Shown piece by piece: positions 55,501-64,000 of a DNA stretch of 64,000 nucleotides. The notes under the pieces are model-generated. The model did no database searches. It was not told the DNA's origin and saw nothing but the letters and a program-made list of their open reading frames with translations. Source of the DNA: Trichinella spiralis (lineage: Eukaryota); contig NW_003526948.1 of assembly GCF_000181795.1 (NCBI RefSeq), positions 2,286,921 to 2,350,920 on the forward strand, given 5' to 3'. The stretch's first letter is position 1; each line of letters opens with the position of its first letter. A program made the translations under genes and the position numbers.

Positions 55501-58500
55501 TCGTTTTAATGTTGGCAATTAAATGCTGAGAAAAGTGAAAAAGATAGCTAGCTTTACACTATTGCTTTCATTTCATCGGTTGTTGAAAATTGTGTGCAAT
55601 TACGCCTTCCATGCTTTCATTATTATTGAAATATAAAAGTATCCGATACACAGACATGTCAGTCATTAAAAAATTATTTTTTTGAAATTCAAAAAAACTT
55701 TCAAAAACTTTTGCTTAATGTAGTGTTCAATTGAACATTGCCGTATTTTGTTTATCAAATAATCCTACTTATTCTAGTAAAAATTAAACTTTCAATACAA
55801 ATTATTACTTCAGCATTTCTTAGCTGTTAAAAGATCATTTAATTTCAAACAGAAGCTTTTGTTTATCTTAAAAATGCAGTGCTCAGTTGATTCTTCGAAT
55901 GATTCCAGAATAAGCATATCAATTTTAAGCATTCACGGGAAATGTTTGTTTACTATTGATAGCTTTATCAGCAGATCGAAGTGGCTTTGTAATTTTGATA
56001 AATTACACTTAATGAATCTGTTAAACATTCACCTGCTTGATATTATTAAAAGTGATGGAGATTTTTCTGAAATGGCATACTTTTCTTTTGTATTAGCATT
56101 TCTCATTTTTTACGTTTAATAACAATTTGTTGGTTTTTTGAAATTGTTGAAGCATTTATTAATGAATTGTAATTTCAAAAATTTTACAATTTTGAAAACA
56201 AAAACAAGTATTATAAAAAGATATAGAAGAAAAACAATAAAATATGTCGAATTAAAGGATAAGTTTTTTTGAAGAAAGTTACGATCTATTGAAGATGCTT
56301 CATGATGGACAATAAAGTGCAAATGCAGTAGCATTAGATTAGTATGAAAACAAAAGTTGTAAAAGAAAATGGATGTAATTTTATTATTTTGCTTTGTTCA
56401 GTTGACAAATTGAAGAAACATGCTTTGGTGGACAAAATGTTCAAGGTTTCAACAGACCTGATCAGAGCTAATAAGGTCGTTCATAAGAGAATATAGTACA
56501 GTCCGGAACGATTATTACGTATAATTTAATGAAAAATTTCCGAATAATTGTACTCGAATTAACTGCACAATGGAAGAAAAAGTGATCAGCTTTGTCCAAG
56601 GAGAAGCGAGCGGCTCCGTTCCATTTTCTTTTTCAACGGCAAACTTGTTCCGCATTTGCAAATTTATATGCATGAAAAGATTATTGTGCCTTAATTAAAA
56701 TCCTTTATCTTTCGACATCTTTTTTCAGGAACAATCGATTTCTTTTAAACGTTCTGACATAAATATTGACGCTAATTTGAGTGAAAATGTTAACAGGAAA
56801 TATTTGATGTTGCAATTAAAAAATAATTTTTTTTTCTTTCATCAATTCTTCAATATATGTCACTTTGGAAGGAAGCATGCAAACTTTGCGCAATTTGCTG
56901 AAGCGGTGAAGTTGAAGCAATCGACTATGCAATGCTTCAATTTTCTACGCTGCTTTCATTTTACAACTTATCGTTAATATCAGCAGCTGTTCAACAGGAA
57001 AAAAACGTTCGTTTTCTTTGAAATGAAGTCGCACAATTAAGAAGCTATTGTTGTAATGCAGCGCAATTTTTACTAATTACTCTTTTGAAAACATGATAAA
57101 ATATGCAATGCAACACGTTCCTGAAACTGACCGAACCATTACTTTCAATTCTGGAGCACAGTATACAAAAAAAATTATCCTCATTTAACAGCATGACACA
57201 ATCAATGCAAAAGCTTAACACTTGTTTATATTATTTACAAACAATTTTTTGTAGTGCAAAACAAATTAGTAAACGAATTATTCAAATTTGGATCATTTTT
57301 TAATATTTAAATGCAAATTTTTAATTAAAGTTCTTCGCTTCAAACCTTTTTTTTAAATGAAGCTTCAGCTATTCATGTATGCCTGCAGTAGCAAAAGAAT
57401 TACTACTTTAACTGTGAACAAATTATGCATTATGCTTTTTATTAATGTAGCATTGTTAATTTTATTGAATATTGAAAAAAAAAGATTAAAATGAGATGTG
57501 TAAAATAATACTATTTATATATTTGCATGGAACATTTAATATGAAAATATTTTACTTTTATTAAATTGTTTTTTGAAATATATTTTATATTTAGTTATGC
57601 TTATATTGCAATATAGTTCAATTATGGTACTGATAAATAATAATAAAGTATTATACGTTTCTGTTAAATCAAACTACTTTTATTTTCTGCGTTGCTTTTT
57701 AAGAAGCATACGCAATTTGAATTTAAACATTACTTGTTTATTTATGAGTAATAAATATTGAATATTATATAATTCTATCGTAAGTTTAAAAAAATAAATG
57801 GCACATGATGTGGTAATATTAAATAATGCAACTTGGCGTTCGTATCTAAAAGAATAAAGCACGATTTGAGCAACGGCGCTTGTCAGTTTGAATTAGCTGA
57901 GCAGTTTTAATAAATTTGCATACCATTCACGAAAATTAATATAAAAGCAAGTCCTCTGCAATTCGAAAATGCAACTTAGACAGCTTTGAATTGAAAGGCA
58001 GAAGAAAATTAATTTGCATAAAGTCTAGATATGAATTGGCGCGCACAATTCCAGATAAATCGAACCCGTCGAAATTGTTTGAAGCATCAACACTTGTTTC
58101 TTTTAATTCATTTAGTCAGTTCATTTGCATTTTGCATAAAATTTATAAACCAAGTTTGAAAATGCAGTTTAAACAATTTGCATAACGTCTAGACATGGAT
58201 TCATGATAAAAATGAATGATGCTTTTGACCAAATTTTAATTAACAACTGTTTCGCAATTAATTTGCACAGTTTTAGCTTAATGACAAAATGAATTGCATG
58301 TTTTAAAATGAATATTGAAAAATTTTCAATTATATTTATCAATAAGTAACGCATTGGAATGCGATTGTGTAGAATACATTTCAATCAGCATTCAAATTGT
58401 TATTTAAAAAATGTTTAATTTCATGAACGATTAAATTAGTGCAATGCATCTTGAAATGATATTTTATATGATTACTTGGTAACATTTGCTTCGAATAATT

Positions 58501-58859
58501 TCATATTTAATTTAAGTACCAATTCGAATAGTCACATACAGTAAACTTGTGAAGCTTGAAACATGGAAAACAATTGCAGTTTTGTTTGAAATTATCAATG
58601 TCAACATCATTTGCTTAAATACATTTGTAGCATAAAGGATATGTTGTAAACGAAAAATGGAAAAGTTAAAGAGCATTTCGTCTCCTTTGACTAGCTACAG
58701 GATAGTTTTCACAACTTCAATATGCTAAAAGGCATTCCATTCGAATTTGCATTTCAAAATGTCTACGTTCAACTCCATATTGGCATTGGAGTTGAATTGT
58801 TATCATCAGGGTCTAATTAGTTGAGAGATAATTGTTTCAGCTTAGACTACATTTTCAGC

Positions 58860-59340
58860 ATGGCTAACAGATCGCTTTGAATAAAAAAGGTCCGGCATTT
58901 AGAGACTCTCGTCTGCCCTTTTCACCCAGTTGCATCCGGCTAGCAAACTGGGTGACAGCAGTGAACTGCTGCTGGTCAGGCCACTGAGGTACAGGGTATT
59001 TTTTGAATGAATGAAAAAAAATAAGAAAAGGTGAAAGAAGCAAAAGGAGGATTGGGGAAGGGGAAAAAATTTGCCTCATTAAGTTCAGCTGCGTAACCCA
59101 GATGAATCATTTCTACAGGTTAAAAATGCAATATTTGAATGGAAGGGTCGTCAGTTGGGAGAAGTTTGGGACTGCTTTTGCGTGACCCGTTTAAGGACAG
59201 TTGCTTTTGTCCGTGCCCCCTTTCTCAATAGCTAATCGTTGTCTGATCACAGCCACTTTAATGCGCGCCATAGCCGAGGTGATGCTCAGTCGTCGAACCG
59301 TGGAACTGTGATGCGAGTTGCTTTGGGTGTCAAAATATTT
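58860..59340 (+). promoter_or_regulatory. GC-rich block immediately upstream of the cuticlin start, probable promoter/5' UTR
   Basis: Local GC rise, followed by a TTGACAG acceptor about 20 nt before the cuticlin ATG. Confidence 0.35.
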
Positions 59341-59403
59341 TTCAACTAATCTCTGATTTGCTTTTTCCTTCTATACTTGACAGATCAGACAGAAGATTTC
59401 AGC

Positions 59404-62400
59404 ATGTTTAATTCAATTTTTGTCCACTTTCTATTAATTAATCAAATCCTCAAAGTATGAATATAATATTTCCATTTGAATATATTATTTGTTTTATGAA
59501 ATACTTTCCAGATGTGCAATGCCAAATGGGCAACCATTGACAACGAAGTGATAAGTAAAAAATTTTTTGCAACATCTTTCTTGAAATTGCTTCATCTTTT
59601 GATTTTCAGACTGCGGCATACAGTGTACTGAAGATACTATTACTGTCAATTTTGTCACGAAAAATCCATTCCACGGAAGACTATTTGTCAAAGGTATGTC
59701 TGATAAAGTGGAATGCATGCAATCGTTTGACAACGAAGCATCCAGTACCACTCAACCGACAATGTCATTTGGATTCGGGGCGTGCAACATGCACCGATCT
59801 CGAATGGTAAGTGGCTGCAACTGGAACAGAAAATAGAAATAGCGTAGCATCACTTTTGCATTTTGACTTCATAAATATTTATATTAGCAATTCAACTCCT
59901 TTATACCATATTTATACTTTTATATAAATATCATCAAAGTAAATAACTAAAAATGTGAATTACTTTAAAAGTTTAAACAACGTCTTTATGTAACTCGTGA
60001 GCTTTAATATATACTACAGAATTATTCAATTTTGATTAAAAATGTTCTTATGCTGCAAAATGAAGTACAATATTGTACATTTTTGCAAAACACAAAAACT
60101 TACGTTGTGAAATGTAAATAAATAAGAAAATTAATCTGAAAATTGTTAAGATTATTATAATAAATTTAATAAAGACGACTTTATTTGACTAAATTTAAGT
60201 TTCATTTGTGAAATTTAATTATATTACTTGATTATGTAAAATACAATTGCTGATCGATTGGCTGTTCCTGTTCGTGGGATTACGTCTGTTTGGAAATTAC
60301 ATTTATATATGATAAAACTCAGTTATTGCAATGAAACAGCAAGGAATTTATAATCACCGACTATTCAGCTGTTTGAAATATGTAAATAATTATTTATCTT
60401 GAACAAATAAACGGAACATCATTGAATTCAGTTTACGTTGCTTGTTTTATGCAGCATTTTTAGACAAATTCGATTAATATTAGTAAACTTGTCGAGCACA
60501 ATTATGAATAGTAATTTACAATATGCTCAGTGTGTATATTTTTGATTAATCTTCAAAAGTACAATAAGTATTTTTTGAATAATTCTATTCTGTAACTTTG
60601 GCATTAAGAAAACCATGCACTTGTAGTATATGCGAAAATTTTTGGTGTTTTCAGTTTTACATTTTTATCCTTTTGGAATAAAAATAAATTTAAATGAAAT
60701 GCTATTTTATAAAAATTTGCATAATTTTCAGAAAACTTGAAGTTGTTTGGCATTTTCATTGTCATTGTCTTTTGCCTTTTTCCTTCATTTGATTCTGAGC
60801 ATTGCTATGTCATTGAAATGCGCATCAAACCGTTCATACAATTATGTCTCTTTGGTTATCAGAATTCAAAATTATCACTTTACTAATAGATAAGAAATAA
60901 GTAAATAAACGTCATTTTAATTGCAATAATAAATAATGATCTTGTGATTAGATGTTTTTTTTTCATTCAGTATTCAAAGTGATTTCCATTTTAGCTAGCA
61001 AAATAATTCAACAATGCTTAATCATGAGATCAATTAGAAGAGGCATCGCAGGTCTTTTTTTTCTTCAAAACGATCACTCACTCATGTTGGCCTGCTCTTG
61101 ACATTACTTTCAGTGAGGTTATGTTTGATTGATTAGCTTTTCAAAAGTTTCTGACCCAATAACCCGCTGCGAGTTTATCAAAAGAAATTCCCTTCTAAAA
61201 GCTGGTTGAACAGCAAGCATATTATAACTTCTTATTGTTTGTTTGCAATTTTATTATTGCTTGCATTTTAATTTCTCCTCTTTCAACGGCAAATAATTGC
61301 ACTGATCAGATTCAATGACAAACAAACATTGTTTACTCATATTGAAAAATGTCTGCATTGGGAAATTTCATTTTAATATATATATATATATATATAGAAG
61401 CACAATTTTTGTCACAACAATGCAATAAAATATATAAAAAACATTTTTATCGGTATTTTATTAAAAGATTTTAAAAATCTACAGCACATAAAGCTGGTGT
61501 AAAAAAACAGTTCATGCATAAGAAATGTTGCTTTTTGTTTTCCCCGTTGAATGGAACAAATTGCAATTATGCATGCGGATTATAAATCATGTGATTTGAA
61601 ACAACAATTTATTACATATTAGATTCGCCAATTTTCAGATCGATCCACAACCAGGCATGATGCAGTCTATCGTTGTGGTGATCAGTTTCCACAGGTGAAT
61701 ATGAATATTTTCAAGTGAAACTTTGCAAACAATAATCTTTTAGAACATTCATCACGAAAGTCGACCGTGCTTATATGATTCAATGCTTTTACATGGAAAC
61801 TGAAAAAACGGTACGTTATTAATTGTAATTTTTCAAGCAAAATTAAAAAAGCCTATTCACAGCATCTGTTATCGACGATATTTGTATTATAGGTAACGTC
61901 GCAGCTGGATGTCAGGTATGCATTGAAATGGATAAATTTATTCCACAATTTGCCATCCAGGGCTAATGTGCTGCATTTGTGAAAAAAACATTTCAGCATG
62001 CTTACCACTGGTCAACTGTTGGACACTGCGCGCATGCCGACTTGCCTGTACGAAGTGAGAAGAGGAGGTGCCGATGGACCAATAATTCGTTTTGCTCAAG
62101 TTGGCGAACCAGTGCATCACGTTTGGTCTTGCGATAGCGGTATATATTTTTTTAAATTAAATTTAAAATAAACAACAACAACAATCACTGCATCATTTCA
62201 TTAACAGATTCACATAGAATACTGGTGAAAAATTGCTACGTAGACGATGGACAAGGGAATCAAGTGAAAATTATCAACGAACAGGGGTAATGAATCATAA
62301 AAGAAATAAAGCATTAAAAAATTAGCAAGAAAAAAATATTTCAGTTGTGCTGTTGAAACGGTAATAATTGGCGATCTGACCTACGAACCAATCGGCAACG

Positions 62401-63136
62401 CCAAAGCATGGGTCGACGCGTACGTGTTCAAATTTGCCGACAAGCCGCACGTCTTTTTCCACTGCACCATTCAACTGTGCAACCGAGGCGATCAGTTCTG
62501 CGAAAATCTGACCGTAATCCACATTCCCATGCACCGACAACGAAACCTCTTCCACTGCCACTGGTATATATATATATATATATATTTGTTCGTCTCTCTT
62601 TCAGCCACCCAGATGCGGAGGAAGCTCGGCTAGCTCGGCTGGCAGATTCGATGGCACCGGTTCCATGGAGACCAACCCGTACGGCTTTATATTTCGACAG
62701 CAAAAACAAAAATACAAACAAAGACGAAATATCCACCCTGAAATGAATGATAAGAATAATAATGACGGTGACGGTGAAAAAATCAAAAATGATCAGTCGA
62801 AATACTATTCCCAAGAAATTGACCTTTACACTCCATCGTTGACAGTTGTCGATTTGGAGGATACTGTAGCTGGAGATGAGAAGACTGAAAATGACAATTT
62901 TCCCTATTTCGTCGAAGGTAAACATTTCAACTCCAGCACAAAACGCACGCAAAATTTCATTTTCAGACGATGATCACAGACAACCGATTGCAGCAAAAGG
63001 CAAATATGCGGACGTTTGTTTCACAAAAACTGCATATGGGGTTTTTCTTCTGGGTATTGTGCTGCTTTGCACGGTTCTTTTCGTATCATTCGCTCTTCTG
63101 TGCCGGCAAAGAAAACTGCTGAAAACCAACAAATAA
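59404..63136 (+). CDS. Cuticlin (CUT-1-like ZP-domain cuticle protein) with signal peptide and C-terminal TM, multi-exon
   Basis: IDNEVI, CTEDTITVNFVTKNPFHGRLFVKG, GACNMHRSR, VVVISFH|TFITKVDRAYMIQCFY, MPTCLYEV, AQVGEPVHHVWSC, VKNCYVDDGQG, AYVFKFADKP, basic KQRR site, TM GVFLLGIVLLCTVLFVSFALL. Confidence 0.93.
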
Positions 63137-63514
63137 CCAACAACAACAACAACCATCCGGCAGTCGACAACATTTCACAGGTCAGTAGAAGAAAAGCATC
63201 TGCGTCGAAAATTCGCACCACTGCCGGGATGCAATACACCATCCAACCAGCACCTTTTTTCTCTCCCCTACCTAATTACCTCATTATTATTCGATATTAT
63301 TCAAATAAATAATGCAGTTCCATATTTGATCAATTTATAATTCAACATTGCGGCCAATGAAAAACATTCATTCCAATTTGCATAAATCAAATTTTTTATT
63401 CATAATTTCCTCAAGCAACAGACAGAAATGCAAACAAACGAACCTAATGTAAACTTTACAATTACATATCACCTTGTACACCGCGCCGCTGCAAAAATAA
63501 AAGATTATACATAT

Positions 63515-63523
<9 letters not shown>

Positions 63524-63556
<33 letters not shown>
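63524..63556. repeat. (TA)n microsatellite
   Basis: Perfect AT dinucleotide run; a similar run lies at 61376-61396. Confidence 0.9.
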
Positions 63557-63558
<2 letters not shown>

Positions 63559-64000
63559 CCTCTTATAAATGGAAATGATGAAGAAACTGTTTTTCCTATA
63601 TGAAAAAAACGAACAAAAAAATCAAAATCATGCTCTGTATATTTGACATAAAACTGAGCTATGTACCAGTTTTTAAAATTATCCCCTAAAATATGTTCAG
63701 TTGCTTAATCGGCAGACGGTTTACGTGGTGATCTGAATACGAATTTTCTCGATTTCATATAACTCCATTGATGTCGTTTCCAATAATAAATAATCGCTGC
63801 AATTGGCGGGATCATGACCAACAGCTAAAATTTACAAACTGTTATGACATTACAGTTGCACACTGACCATTACAATTATGAACAGGAATAGTAATAGTAA
63901 TAATAAATAAATAAATAAACATAGCAACGAATAATGTACAGCTGACACAAACCACGTTGAAAATTTCAAATCTACTTGACTAATATTTTAACGATATTTT

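Noticed and set aside
59986..60239. TTATGTAA D-box (NFIL3/PAR) sites in the cuticlin long intron
   Set aside because: This AT-rich 8-mer is expected repeatedly by chance in such AT-rich DNA; no clustering or conservation evidence.

Overview
Eukaryotic, AT-rich, gene-dense DNA with short (about 50-90 nt) GT-AG introns and TTTTCAG-type acceptors. A ZP-domain cuticlin and a VAB-9-like gene point to a nematode; a clade I worm such as Trichinella is my inference and is not proven. The ORF track fragments these genes, so I joined exons by eye and boundaries are approximate. About 17 spliced protein genes: an orphan TM/Pro-rich protein, an Ig-EGF-TM protein, EXOSC10/Rrp6, SLC17A9/VNUT, a ZDHHC9/14/18-type palmitoyltransferase, ATG10, TMEM47/VAB-9, pyridoxal kinase, BTBD10/KCTD20, STT3B, AAMP/Sqt1, Rab5, Rpt3/PSMC4, mitochondrial AspRS, a divergent NOT2-like gene, a double-bZIP NFIL3/vrille-type factor and a cuticlin. 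Items the ORF track does not reveal and that merit follow-up: (1) a four-exon neuregulin/Vein-architecture Ig-EGF-TM gene; (2) a ~150-nt GC-rich minus-strand structured element with Pol III-like boxes and an Sm-like site (candidate unclassified ncRNA); (3) a Skp1-like pseudogene head-to-head with the divergent NOT2 paralog; (4) a GC-AG intron in VNUT; (5) a mirror-symmetric cluster of six CCAAT boxes; (6) strongly GC/CpG-rich coding sequence in DARS2 and the bZIP gene. I found no rRNA, tRNA, CRISPR array or intact transposase, and I cannot establish a new multi-gene system from sequence alone.
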